Positions 46,347 to 57,144 of a DNA stretch of 64,000 bases are shown here, piece after piece. How positions within the stretch are numbered: the first letter of the stretch is position 1; every line of letters starts with the position of its first letter. A program made the position numbers and the translations under genes. Origin of the DNA: Thermoplasmata archaeon. Its GTDB lineage: Archaea > Thermoplasmatota > SW-10-69-26 > JACQPN01 > JAJPHT01. The DNA is taken from positions 31,022 through 95,021 of the forward strand of contig JAXDQU010000034.1 in the NCBI GenBank assembly GCA_034667685.1, in the 5' to 3' direction. Under the pieces are notes generated by a model. That model ran no database searches. It saw nothing but the letters and a program-made list of their open reading frames with translations, and was not told the DNA's origin.

Positions 46347-48014
46347 ATGGCGTTCCCCGCCGCCGACGCGACGGCCTCCGCCCCCGCGCCGAGCCTGGGC
46401 TGGTGGGCGCGCTTCTGCCGCGCGCTGGAGGCGTACCCGGTCGAGCGCATCGGCATGGCGGCCGTCGCGGCGGGCATCGTGCTGCGCCTCGCGGCGCCCT
46501 TCTTCATGGACTTCCGGAGCGACGGCGACACGTACGTCGCGATGGGGCACGCCTGGGCCTTGCACCATGCGTTCCTGATGCCCTACGGCGACGTGACGAC
46601 GTGGGGTCCCACGGGCCCGATGTACAGCAACCACTACCCGCCGCTCTACCCGTTCTACCTGGGGCTCGTCTTCACCGTCTTCGGCTTCGGGCTCTGGCAG
46701 GCCAAGATCGCGGCCCTCGCCATGTCGCTCGCGGCCCTCGCGGCGGCCTACTTCACGTCGCGCGACCTCTACGGCCGGAACGTCGCGGCGCTCGTCGCCG
46801 GCCTCCTGGCCCTGGAGCCGCACCTCGTCTGGGCTGGCGGCACGGGCTTCAGCGAGAACATGGTGCTGCTGTTCTTCGCGCTCACGATGTGGGCGATCAT
46901 CCGCTCGCTCACCGACGACCGCTTCATCGTCCTGGCGGGCTTCTTCGCGGGCCTCGCCTACCTCAGCAAGAGCAGCGTCGGCTACTTCTTCGTCATCGCC
47001 GGCGCGGGCGGCTTCCTGTGGCGCTTCTACTACAAGCGTTGGAAGCTGTTCACGAACTTCTGGTACATGGCGGCCATCGTCCTCTTCCTGGGCCTCGCGT
47101 CCTGGTGGGCGATCCGCAACGTCGACCTCTTCGGCTGGCAGCAGCAGACCTTCCAGACGTTCTGGATCAGCGTCTCGGGCTGGCACGTGGACTTCTCCAC
47201 CCGAACGATCATCGCGCAGATCCCCAACTGGGAGACCAGCAGCTACGTGCGCTACGTGCAGACCTACGCGTGGCAGCACCCCGACCTCTGGCAGGAGGCG
47301 CTGCTCGCCAAGATCCCGTTCTTCGCCGTCTTCCTGCTCTGGTACGCGCTCCCCTTCCTGCCCGAGTCGTGGGCCGCGACCAAGAAGATCCGCGAGGAGC
47401 ACACGAGCGCGCTCTGGCTCAGCGTCTTCCTCGTGTGGGTCACCGGCTGGGTCATCGCATCCATGTTCTGGACGTTCGAGAAGAGCAGCCTCTACTGGTT
47501 CGATAACCACCGCTACACGGTCATCGGCCTGCTCCCCCTGGGCTGGCTGCTCCTGCGCGAGGCGGACCTGAGCCGCGCCGGCACGCGCATCCGCTACGTG
47601 CTCCTCGCGCTCTCGCTCTTCGCGGCCTGCGGCGCCGTCCTCCTGAGCCCGGTGAAATTCAGCGACCTGCACGCCGCCGAGGCCATCGACCCCTACCTGC
47701 GCCCCGGCGACGAGATCGGCATGGGCGGCGGGACGATCAAGTACGCCGTCTACGCCTACATGACGCACCCCGAGCAGATCACCGTCTACGGCTGCCAGCA
47801 ACCCGCGCCCACCCCCGCGCAATGCCAGCCCGACCACCACCCCGCGTTCATCCTCACGCTCAACGGCGACACCTACGGCAGCGATTACGTTCGGGTGGGC
47901 GTCTTCACCCAAAGCTACTGGAACGGCGGCATCATGACCACCACCGTCTGGGCACGCAGCGACGTCGTCGAGGCGCGGCACGTGCCCGCCAACATGGCGA
48001 GCAGCGGCGTCTGA
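46347..48014 (+). CDS. GT-C (ArnT/PMT-like) membrane glycosyltransferase
   Basis: DFRSDGDTY, HYPPLYP, FSE, AGLAYLSK, HRY; many TMs. Confidence 0.85.
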   Translation: MAFPAADATASAPAPSLGWWARFCRALEAYPVERIGMAAVAAGIVLRLAAPFFMDFRSDGDTYVAMGHAWALHHAFLMPYGDVTTWGPTGPMYSNHYPPLYPFYLGLVFTVFGFGLWQAKIAALAMSLAALAAAYFTSRDLYGRNVAALVAGLLALEPHLVWAGGTGFSENMVLLFFALTMWAIIRSLTDDRFIVLAGFFAGLAYLSKSSVGYFFVIAGAGGFLWRFYYKRWKLFTNFWYMAAIVLFLGLASWWAIRNVDLFGWQQQTFQTFWISVSGWHVDFSTRTIIAQIPNWETSSYVRYVQTYAWQHPDLWQEALLAKIPFFAVFLLWYALPFLPESWAATKKIREEHTSALWLSVFLVWVTGWVIASMFWTFEKSSLYWFDNHRYTVIGLLPLGWLLLREADLSRAGTRIRYVLLALSLFAACGAVLLSPVKFSDLHAAEAIDPYLRPGDEIGMGGGTIKYAVYAYMTHPEQITVYGCQQPAPTPAQCQPDHHPAFILTLNGDTYGSDYVRVGVFTQSYWNGGIMTTTVWARSDVVEARHVPANMASSGV

Positions 48015-48042
48015 GAGGGCAAGGGTAGGGGCAAGTTCTCCT

Positions 48043-48149
48043 CCCATGCTCGTTTGCCGGCGCTCCTTTCCCGACACCGAGAATCCCAGAATCCGCGGAT
48101 GCCTCGGATGCGCGGTGTTGGGAAGGGAGCGCCACCAAACGAGCATGGG
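48043..48149. mobile_element. MITE/REP-like element, copy 2 (extended arms)
   Basis: Core 48064-48128 plus outer inverted repeat cccatgctcgtttg/caaacgagcatggg. Confidence 0.8.
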
Positions 48150-48219
48150 TCGTTCCACGTAGGCGACACCGCTATCGTCCCGGCCGCGGCTCGGAGCCTC
48201 CCCTCGGAGGGGATTGCAC

Positions 48220-48756
48220 ATGACGATGATCGACAAGGTCCAAGGGACGATCGAGAAGCTGACCGGCGACGACACGCGGCTCAACAGCGCGGAGATCACC
48301 ACGATCCAGCAGGCGTACAATGCGCTCCAGCTCGGCCTCGTGAAGACCGCGCTCTACCAGGGCCAGGCGCAGAACGCGGACGTGAAGGCGTGCCTGGGCG
48401 AGCTGCGCGACGACTTCCTCGTGCCCCACCTCGACAAGCCCCGCCGCATCCTGGAGAAGTCCGGCATCCCCTTCCTCGACCTGCACGCCACCGACCGCGT
48501 GCAGAACCTGCCGAAGGCGACCGGCGGCGTCCTCCTGCGCGACGAGGAGATCATGCTCGACACCGTCCTCGCGCTCCAGGCGACCATCACCGGCCTGCAG
48601 GCCGGCGCCATCGCGGCGGTCCGCGGCGACGTGCGCGACTACTTCCTCAACGCCCGCGACGCCGCGACGGACCAGTGGCGCAAGGTCGGCCTCGTGGCCT
48701 ACCGCCTCATGCCCCAGGCGATCCCGCCCACGATGAGCGGGGTTAGCCCGCGCTGA
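48220..48756 (+). CDS. Helical-bundle protein, DUF3231/ferritin-like
   Basis: LNSAEI, LRDEEI, VRGDVRDYF pattern; GGAGG upstream. Confidence 0.6.
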   Translation: MTMIDKVQGTIEKLTGDDTRLNSAEITTIQQAYNALQLGLVKTALYQGQAQNADVKACLGELRDDFLVPHLDKPRRILEKSGIPFLDLHATDRVQNLPKATGGVLLRDEEIMLDTVLALQATITGLQAGAIAAVRGDVRDYFLNARDAATDQWRKVGLVAYRLMPQAIPPTMSGVSPR

Positions 48757-48866
48757 AGGGGAAGCGAGGGAAGACGGGAAGAAGGGAAGATGGGAAGACG
48801 GGGCCCGCGTTCCCTTCTTCCCGTCTTCCCTCGCTTCCCGGCTTCCCGTCTTCCCGTCTTCCCTTC
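48755..48866. repeat. Palindromic tandem-repeat element (GGGAAGAC family)
   Basis: Same units as 8386-8495, sharing the tail cttcccgtcttcccgtcttcccttcgg. Confidence 0.92.
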
Positions 48867-48935
48867 GGTTGGCGTCCGTTTCCACTTCGGCACCTTCAAG
48901 CCTCCAACCGGGTGGTAGGACGCTAGGGATGCACG

Positions 48936-49619
48936 ATGCCGTTTCTGGTTGACAACGGGCCGCCGGTGGACGCGGCCACGCTCGCGGCGGCGAAGGCCGA
49001 GCTGCCGCGCGAGTATGGGCTGCGGGTGGTGGCGCAGGGCGGGCGCAAGACGATCCTCGCCCGCGTGCCGCGCGCGAAGCCGGATTACAACTACGAGCTG
49101 GCCATGGTCGCCTTCTACGCCTCGCTCGACGACGTGAAGGACTGCTCCGACGTCCTGCTCATCGGCGACGAGCAGACCGTCCGCATGGCGCCGATCCGCC
49201 TGCGCGACCACATCCGCGACCAGGTGCGCGAGGACAAGGACGCGGCCTCCGCGTTGCGCACCCGCATGGCGCGCGAGTACGGCTGGACCACGTGGCAGTC
49301 CCCCATCAACGTCAACCACAAGGCGCTCGCGCTCCGGCTCCCGATCGGGAGCATGGCGGAGGCCGACGAGCAGGTGCTCCTCAAGAGCCGCTCCGGCGTG
49401 GGCAGCGAGCTGGTCAACGTCCTCTGCGACGTCCAGTACGTCTACCTCATCACGGACGGCGACTACGCGCGCGTGGGCCGCCGCGTCTTCCTGGACGCCG
49501 TGGCGAGCGACCTGCGGGAGACCGTCGGGTTCAAGGAGAGCAAGACGGCCAATCCGATCCACCTGGCGTACCAGACGCCCGGCTCGTTCATCAAGCAGGC
49601 CGATCTCCCCCGCGGATAG
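48936..49619 (+). CDS. Hypothetical soluble protein
   Basis: 227 aa, GC3-biased codons, TATA-like ccttcaag upstream; no recognised motif. Confidence 0.75.
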   Translation: MPFLVDNGPPVDAATLAAAKAELPREYGLRVVAQGGRKTILARVPRAKPDYNYELAMVAFYASLDDVKDCSDVLLIGDEQTVRMAPIRLRDHIRDQVREDKDAASALRTRMAREYGWTTWQSPINVNHKALALRLPIGSMAEADEQVLLKSRSGVGSELVNVLCDVQYVYLITDGDYARVGRRVFLDAVASDLRETVGFKESKTANPIHLAYQTPGSFIKQADLPRG

Positions 49620-49629
49620 AGAACGCACG

Positions 49630-49755
49630 TCGTTCACGTTCTCGTTCACGGCGTACGTTCCACGTTCACGTCGCACGTTTTTCGTTTGACGTGGAACGTG
49701 CAACGACGACGTGAACGTGGAACGATAGCCGAGAACGTGAACGAGAACGTGAGCG
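49630..49755. repeat. Nested palindromic tandem-repeat element (CGTTCA/CGTTCCA units)
   Basis: cgttcacgttctcg ... cgagaacgtgaacg enclosing cgttccacgttcacgtcg ... cgacgtgaacgtggaacg. Confidence 0.88.
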
Positions 49756-49857
49756 CAAGCGGGCGAGCAACCAGCCCGTCGATCGGCGAGCCCGCGGGGA
49801 CTGCTTCGCCCCCCGTACTGGAAACCATTTTGAACCTCGCGTCAACGGGCGCCTCGC

Positions 49858-51897
49858 TTGCTGCGGTCCCTCGTTGCGTTCGGCACGCTCTGCGCCGTCG
49901 TCGCGCTCCTCGCGCCCACCGTCGCCAGCGTCTCGGGCGAGATCGAGTCGCTCCACGTGAAGCGGGAGCTCGCCTGGCACCTGTTCAAGTGGCAGGATGA
50001 CCCGCGTCCGCCCAGCTTCACGCCGCCGGATTGCGACAAGACGACCTATCTGCTCGACCCGCAGGTCACGCTCTACTCGACGCGCCTGGCGAAGGACCAG
50101 CCCTACACGATGGGCGGCGTCGTCACGAGCGCCGTGCCCAGCGGCCGCCAGGGCATCCCCGGCGACCACGTGCAGGTGTTCCTCAACGAGACGAAGGAGC
50201 AGCCCGGCCAGCTCGTGGGCGAGGCCGTCACGGACGCGCAGGGGCGCTGGAACCTCAATGGCAGCCTCCCCTTCGACCTCCAGGCGAACCACTATCACGT
50301 CGTGGCGCACGCCCTCGACACGCAGGTGGACTGCAAACGCTATCACCAGGGGTGGAGCGATCCCGAGGTCAACGTCACGTCGCACACGCGCATCCTGCTC
50401 GACGGCCCCTTCAAGGTCGTCGCGGGGCGCACGCTCAACGTGACCGGCTCGCTGGTCGACGACGTGGGCGGCCCGGTGATCCGGCAGACCGTGCGCTTCC
50501 AGCTGGGCGGCCAGACCTTCATGGGCGTGACCGACCCGCAGGGGCGGTTCAATGCGAGCGTGCGGCCCACGCAGGGCGGCTCGCTCCAGCTCCAGGCGCA
50601 CTACGACGGCAACAACTACTACGCCGCCTCCGTGGCGACCTCCACGGTCACGGTGATGGACGAGAGCGTCGTGCTCAACGGCCACTTCCCCGGCGAGCAG
50701 GTCCAGCTCGTCCGCTCGACGCCCCTGGAGGTGGACGGCCAGGTGATCCTGCCGCCCAACGCCACGTACGCGCCGATCAAGCTCGGCGTGCCCGGCCTGC
50801 TCAACGCGACCGCGGAGGTCGCCTCCGACGGCACGTTCCACCTCACGCTGCAGGTCACGAAGGACCAGCCCGCCGGCATCTTCACGCTGACCGCCTCCGG
50901 CGGTGGCCTGCGCCGGCCCGAGACGTTCCCGCTCCAGGTCATGATCCCCACGCGCCTCGCCATCGTGGCGCAGGACGGCGGTGTCGGCTCGCACGGCTGG
51001 AACGCCTCGCTCACGCTGGCCGACGACACCGGCCCCATCGCGAACGCGCCTGTCGTCATCGCGGGCCCCGGCGCGGTGAGCAACGGCGTCACCACCAGCC
51101 AGGGCTCCTTCGCCGCGATCGGCGAGGCCTCCGCCTGCGGCTCGGCGCCGGTGCGCGCGACCTACAACGGCACCGCGACGCGCATGCCCGCGCAGGCCGC
51201 CTCCGACGTGCAGATCTGCGGCGCGATCCTGGCGAAGGCCGAGTCCGCGCGCCACGTCCCCTGGTGGGCCTGGTCGCTGCTCGCGCTCCCGCTGGCGGCC
51301 TGGATCGCGTGGCGCCGCTGGCGCAGCCGCCGCGCCGCGTACATCGCCGCGGGCCCGCCGCTCACGCTCGCCTTCGTCGAGCCGCGCGACGCGGCCCAGG
51401 GCGTCGTCGGGCTGGGCGAGGCCGCCGGCATCGTCGCGTTCCTGGAAGCGCCGCTCCCCGAGGGGCACCGCGTCCGCATGGGCACGCCCGAGCGCATGGA
51501 GGACGTCGAGCCCGACGGCCTCGAAGCCCGCTACGCGCTCGTGGGCGACGCCTACGGCGAGATCCCCGTCCGCGCCGAGATCCTCGACGCGCGCGGCCGC
51601 GTCGTCACGCGCCGCACCCGCACGCTGCGCGTCGTGCGCTACGCGGAGGAGATCGAGTCGCGCTACAAGGCGCTCCGCGCCGGCCACGGCCACGGCGAGG
51701 CGGTCAGCCCGCGCGAGTTCGAGGCGTGGCTGCGCGCCCGCTCGCCCGACCTCGATCCCGCCGTCGCGCGCCGGCTCGTGGGCGTCTTCGAGGAGGCCGA
51801 CTACGGTCCGCGCGTCGCGTCGCGGCGCGAGCTGATCGCGTACCTCGATGCCGAGGCCGCCATCCCGCAGGAGGTGCCCCCGCTTGCAGGCGCGTAG
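49858..51897 (+). CDS. Membrane-anchored Ig-like repeat protein with DUF4129-like C-terminus
   Basis: Signal peptide, TDAQGRW/TDPQGRF repeats, TM, SPREFE..FEEADYG. Confidence 0.8.
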   Translation: MLRSLVAFGTLCAVVALLAPTVASVSGEIESLHVKRELAWHLFKWQDDPRPPSFTPPDCDKTTYLLDPQVTLYSTRLAKDQPYTMGGVVTSAVPSGRQGIPGDHVQVFLNETKEQPGQLVGEAVTDAQGRWNLNGSLPFDLQANHYHVVAHALDTQVDCKRYHQGWSDPEVNVTSHTRILLDGPFKVVAGRTLNVTGSLVDDVGGPVIRQTVRFQLGGQTFMGVTDPQGRFNASVRPTQGGSLQLQAHYDGNNYYAASVATSTVTVMDESVVLNGHFPGEQVQLVRSTPLEVDGQVILPPNATYAPIKLGVPGLLNATAEVASDGTFHLTLQVTKDQPAGIFTLTASGGGLRRPETFPLQVMIPTRLAIVAQDGGVGSHGWNASLTLADDTGPIANAPVVIAGPGAVSNGVTTSQGSFAAIGEASACGSAPVRATYNGTATRMPAQAASDVQICGAILAKAESARHVPWWAWSLLALPLAAWIAWRRWRSRRAAYIAAGPPLTLAFVEPRDAAQGVVGLGEAAGIVAFLEAPLPEGHRVRMGTPERMEDVEPDGLEARYALVGDAYGEIPVRAEILDARGRVVTRRTRTLRVVRYAEEIESRYKALRAGHGHGEAVSPREFEAWLRARSPDLDPAVARRLVGVFEEADYGPRVASRRELIAYLDAEAAIPQEVPPLAGA

Positions 51898-52305
51898 GGT
51901 CGCTCCGCTCGCGGCGCTCCTCGCGGTCGCGCTCGTCTACGTCCTCCTCCGCCCGATCCTCGCGGACCTCGTGCCGCACCTCGGCGTCGTCGAGTACCCG
52001 ATCGGCGCGGCGCTCGTGGCCGGCTGCGTGCTCCTGGCGCTCCGTCCGCGCCGCGCCCGGGCGCCTCCCGCCGCGCCGTGGCGCAAGCACGCGCAGGTCG
52101 TGCGCCCGCTCCCCGACCCCGAGGCGCAGGCGCGCGCCGCCGCGCTCGACGACTGGGCCAGGACCGGCGCGCAGCCCGACCGCGCGCAGCGCATCCTGGC
52201 CCAGGCGACCGGCGAGGACGTCGCGCCCGCCATGGGCGCGGCGACCACCGAGCGCAAGCGCCGCGCGCTGCTATCCTCCCTATCGAAGAAGATCTCCGGA
52301 ACGTG

Positions 52306-52306
<1 letters not shown>
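51884..52306 (+). CDS. Small membrane protein of the MoxR operon
   Basis: Two TMs; overlaps both neighbours. Confidence 0.65.
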
Positions 52307-53295
<989 letters not shown>

Positions 53296-53296
53296 G

Positions 53297-54595
53297 ATGG
53301 TCCTGACCCGGACGGGCCGCACGCTGATGGCCGCGGCGCTCGTGACGTGCGCCTCCGGCGTGCTCTTCGGCAACTGGCCGGTGCTGGGCGCGGGCGCGCT
53401 CCTCCTGCTCGTCGTCTCGATGGGCGGGCTCGCCCGGATGCCCCGCGCCGAGCGCCGCGTCGACGCGACCCACGTCGCCCGCGGCGCGCGTGTCGTCCTT
53501 GATATCACCGTCGAGGCCCCTCGGGGCCTCGGCGTCGTTGAAGTCCGTCAGCGCCTCCCCGACGAGTTCGAGCTCGTCGAGGGCAACAACCTGCACCTCG
53601 TCACGCTGAGCCCGTTCCGCGCGCGCCGCCACGAGTTCCGCCTGGTCGTGCGCATCCCCAAGCGCGGCGAGTGGACGCTCGCGCCGCTCGACCTGAAGCT
53701 CCAGCACCCGCTGGGCCTCGTCGAGTCCCCGGTGGGGCAGGCGGGCGAGGCCGCGACGATCCTCGCCGAGCCGCGCGCCCTCCCCGCGCGCATCCCGCGC
53801 GACCTGCGTACGCGCGCCAAGCGCCCCTTCCCCGACGGCGACCTCGCGCGCATGGGTGTCGCGACCAACGAGTTCCGCGAGCTGCGCGAGTACGTGCCCG
53901 GCGACCCGCCGCGGCGCATCAACTGGAAGGCCACCGCCCGCGCGCTCTCCTCGGGCGCCAGCGACGTGCCGCTCGTCAATGAGACCGAGTGGGAGGGCAA
54001 GAAGAGCGTCTACATCCTGGTCGACGGGCACGCGCGGCTCAGCGTGGGCACGAACCTGGAGGACGCGCGCGAGCACGCCGCCGACGCCGCGATCTCGCTC
54101 ATCGAGCTCTACCTGCGCCGCGGCTACCAGGTCAGCGTCGCGCTCGCGCACAGCGGCCAGGTCGAGACGCTCCGCCCCGGCGCCGGCGAGGCGCAGGTCC
54201 GGCGCGCCCGCGGGATGCTCGCGCGCCTGCGCCCCGAGCCGGGCCCCACGCTCGCCGAGGTGCTCCAGCGCGACGCCGCGATCCTGCACCGCCAGCGCCC
54301 GCTCATCGTGCTCGTCACGCGTCTGGCGGGCGACGACCCCGACCTCGAAGCCGCGCTGCGCCGCATCGGCGCCCACGGCCGCCAGCAGGGGCGCAACCTC
54401 GTGCCCGGCCTCGTGCTCGACCTCCAGCCCGAGAGCCGCGTCGAGGGCGACGGGGGCGCGCTCGCGGAAGCCTCGATCCGCGGCGACGACATCAAGATGC
54501 AGCGCGCGGCGCGCGTCGCCGGCCTCCGCGTCGTCCCCTGGCGCGCGGGCCGCGAGCCCCTGACCGCCGTCCTCGTGAGGGGGCGCGTCCAGTGA
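53297..54595 (+). CDS. DUF58-domain protein
   Basis: EFRELREYVPGDPPRRINWKATAR. Confidence 0.92.
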   Translation: MVLTRTGRTLMAAALVTCASGVLFGNWPVLGAGALLLLVVSMGGLARMPRAERRVDATHVARGARVVLDITVEAPRGLGVVEVRQRLPDEFELVEGNNLHLVTLSPFRARRHEFRLVVRIPKRGEWTLAPLDLKLQHPLGLVESPVGQAGEAATILAEPRALPARIPRDLRTRAKRPFPDGDLARMGVATNEFRELREYVPGDPPRRINWKATARALSSGASDVPLVNETEWEGKKSVYILVDGHARLSVGTNLEDAREHAADAAISLIELYLRRGYQVSVALAHSGQVETLRPGAGEAQVRRARGMLARLRPEPGPTLAEVLQRDAAILHRQRPLIVLVTRLAGDDPDLEAALRRIGAHGRQQGRNLVPGLVLDLQPESRVEGDGGALAEASIRGDDIKMQRAARVAGLRVVPWRAGREPLTAVLVRGRVQ

Positions 54596-55332
54596 GGCGC
54601 CCGCTCCCGTGGGGCGACTACGCCAGCCGCGCGCTCTCGTGCGCGCTGCTCTTCGTGACGGGCTTCGCGCTCCTCTCGGAGAGCACGTTCGCGCTGCGCA
54701 TGCGCAACGACATCCCGTTCAGCCTGGGCGGGCTCGACGGCCCGCAGAGCATCGCGCTGATCGTGGCGGGCGTCATCTCCGTGATCCCGCTCCTGGCCGG
54801 CCCCGCGTTCCTGGGCGTCTTCCTCGCCTGCGGCTGGCTGATCTCCGGCCTCGGCGCGTACTGGTGGACCACGATCCCCTGGGACGAGCTGCTCAACGAC
54901 GGCCAGTTCCCCGGCGGCATCCCCGCCGGCCTGCTCGACTACGCGCTCGTCGCGGGCCCCGCGATGATCGCCACGCTCCACGTCGTGCTATCACGCGTCA
55001 GCCGCCTGCGCAGCGACGCGAGGGCGCGCGGCATCGACCCGGACGAGTCGCGCCGGGCCGCGGCGGCCGCCTTCCTCGCGGGCGCGGGGACGCTCGTGGC
55101 CGCCTTCGCGCTCTCCGCCGTCTTCTGGTGGCTCATGGCCTCGGGCGCGCTCACGTCGCTGGGCGGGCTCCCGCGTGGCGTGCCGGCGCTCGTGCTGGGC
55201 GCCGCGGTCGTGTGCGCGGGCTGGGCTCTCGCGACGAAGCGCGTCCGGCTTGGCAGGGTGCGCGTGCCGAAGGTCGCTGCCGCCCCGGAGGACAAGCCCG
55301 CTCCGGCGAGCACCAAGAAGACGCTCGTCTGA
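54592..55332 (+). CDS. Multi-TM hypothetical protein
   Basis: GTGA overlap with the DUF58 gene; about 6 TMs. Confidence 0.7.
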   Translation: MRRPLPWGDYASRALSCALLFVTGFALLSESTFALRMRNDIPFSLGGLDGPQSIALIVAGVISVIPLLAGPAFLGVFLACGWLISGLGAYWWTTIPWDELLNDGQFPGGIPAGLLDYALVAGPAMIATLHVVLSRVSRLRSDARARGIDPDESRRAAAAAFLAGAGTLVAAFALSAVFWWLMASGALTSLGGLPRGVPALVLGAAVVCAGWALATKRVRLGRVRVPKVAAAPEDKPAPASTKKTLV

Positions 55333-55348
55333 TCACGCCCGGCCGACC

Positions 55349-55417
55349 CAACACGAAGACACGAAGGCACGAAGTTCCAGGATCTTCGTGCCTTCGTGGC
55401 TTCGTGCCTTCGTGTTG
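55349..55417. repeat. Palindromic tandem-repeat element (8-mer CACGAAGG family)
   Basis: caacacgaagacacgaaggcacgaag ... cttcgtgccttcgtggcttcgtgccttcgtgttg. Confidence 0.92.
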
Positions 55418-55432
55418 AGAGGGTGGAGAAGA

Positions 55433-56968
55433 TCAGACGCCCATCGCCAAACGCAAGAGGTCGCGCAGCCCGGGCCCCAGGCCCAGGGCGAAGATGGCGA
55501 GCTTCACGAGGCCCACGAGGTTGCGCTCGTCGTCCTTCGCGTCGTCCGAGGCGCCCGGAAGCTCGCGGTCGAGGAGCCACACGACGGCGACGATCATCAG
55601 CAGCTTCGCGAGCGGGTAGAGGAAGCCGCCCAGGTAACGCAGCAGGAAGTCGCTGAAGGGATGCTTCTCGCTGTAGGGCGGGATGCCGAAGCCGAGCGGA
55701 TCGCGCAGCGCGACCCACGTGCTGAAGCCGTCGATCATGTGCGCGAACACGAGCGAGGCGTTCAGGCCCGCGGCGAAGGTGAGCAGCGCGCGCGGGCGGA
55801 TGTCCACCTCGCGGCCCACGTGCAGCGCGGCGAAGACGAGGAGGAGCAGCGCGCCCAGCGCCGCGAGGAGCGGGATGAGGACGTCCTGGCGCGGGACGCC
55901 CTCGAAGAAGGGCGCCAGGTTCGGGAGGATGCCGGCCATGAGCGCGGCGAGGGCGAGCGCGATGCCGCCGGCCCAGCCCACGGCTTCCTCGGCCTTCTTC
56001 GGGACGCGCGTCGCGATGCCGGCCCAGCGCGCGAGCGCCGGCGTGTTGCCCAGCAGGCGGCCCAGCGCCATGACGAGGAGCGCCACCGTGCCCGCCGCGA
56101 GCAGCACGAACACCGCGGCGAGGAAGTAGAGCTGGCGGTTCCACACCTGCGGCGCCCACACGTCGCCCAGGAGCCAGCGCACGATCAGCCAGAGCGTGCC
56201 CGCGACGAAGGGGAGGCCCAGCGCGAAGACGACGAGGTTCATGGAGGCTGCGCCCTCGCGCGCGCGCCACGCCACGAGCGCCACCGCGCCCACGCACGCG
56301 ACCGCGATCCACCAGAAGGGGGGAAGCGCGCTGAACGTGCCGGGCACGCCGAACGAGGCGTACGCGAACGTGGCGAGCCCGACCGTCACGGGGACCGCGA
56401 CGGCGAGCGTCTTCTGCGCGGGGCTCCACGAGGTCCGCTCGACGAGGAGGCCGACCAGCATCGCGCCCAGGACGTAGAGCGCGATCATCACGTAGATGAC
56501 CGGGCTGATGAAGAGGAACGCGAACGGGCTCGGGTCGCATTGCGTGCCGACGTGGCAGAAGACGTCCGCGTCCTCCAGCACGCGCCCCGTGGGGCCCAGG
56601 AGGATCCACGGCAGGAGCGCCGCGACGAACGCGCCGTCCGCGCGGATGCGGAAGCGGCGGAAGAGCCCCATGTAGATGCCATAGAGGAGCGTCGCGAGGA
56701 CGACGCCGTAGGTCAGCTCGGCCGTGATCGTGTAGCCGTCCTTGGCCGGCACGCCCGCGGGGCCCAGGTCGGTGCAGCCCGCGTCCGCGCTCGTGCGGCA
56801 CTGGTGCGCGTCCACCACGAGCGGGCCGTAGAGGTCCTCCCACACGAAATGATCGTACACCTGCCGCGGCGCGACGGCGACGCCGACCGCGACGAGGCCC
56901 GCCGCGACCGCGAGGGCGCCCACCGCGAGCCAGAGTGCGTTGCGCTCGATCCACGCGCGGGCCGCCAT
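55433..56968 (-). CDS. DUF63-family archaeal membrane protein
   Basis: GYT...ELTYG, RVLEDA, FISPVIY, AHMIDGFST, EKH, LGLGPGLRDLLR. Confidence 0.88.
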   Translation of the reverse strand: MAARAWIERNALWLAVGALAVAAGLVAVGVAVAPRQVYDHFVWEDLYGPLVVDAHQCRTSADAGCTDLGPAGVPAKDGYTITAELTYGVVLATLLYGIYMGLFRRFRIRADGAFVAALLPWILLGPTGRVLEDADVFCHVGTQCDPSPFAFLFISPVIYVMIALYVLGAMLVGLLVERTSWSPAQKTLAVAVPVTVGLATFAYASFGVPGTFSALPPFWWIAVACVGAVALVAWRAREGAASMNLVVFALGLPFVAGTLWLIVRWLLGDVWAPQVWNRQLYFLAAVFVLLAAGTVALLVMALGRLLGNTPALARWAGIATRVPKKAEEAVGWAGGIALALAALMAGILPNLAPFFEGVPRQDVLIPLLAALGALLLLVFAALHVGREVDIRPRALLTFAAGLNASLVFAHMIDGFSTWVALRDPLGFGIPPYSEKHPFSDFLLRYLGGFLYPLAKLLMIVAVVWLLDRELPGASDDAKDDERNLVGLVKLAIFALGLGPGLRDLLRLAMGV

Positions 56969-57025
56969 CGGGAACGCGCGCGCATGCTGGCGGGTCCGCT
57001 TAAGGGTTGGTCGCCTTCGCGACGC

Positions 57026-57090
57026 TCCCTTCCCAACACCGAGAATCCCGGAATCCGCGGATGCCTCGGATGCGCGGTGTCGGGAAGGGA
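57026..57090. mobile_element. MITE/REP-like element, copy 3
   Basis: tcccttcccaacaccgagaatcccggaatccgcggatgcctcggatgcgcggtgtcgggaaggga. Confidence 0.8.
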
Positions 57091-57144
57091 CCGCCACCGC
57101 GAGCCCAACCCTGAAGTAGGTGCGCGCTGGATCAACGGCCGGCG

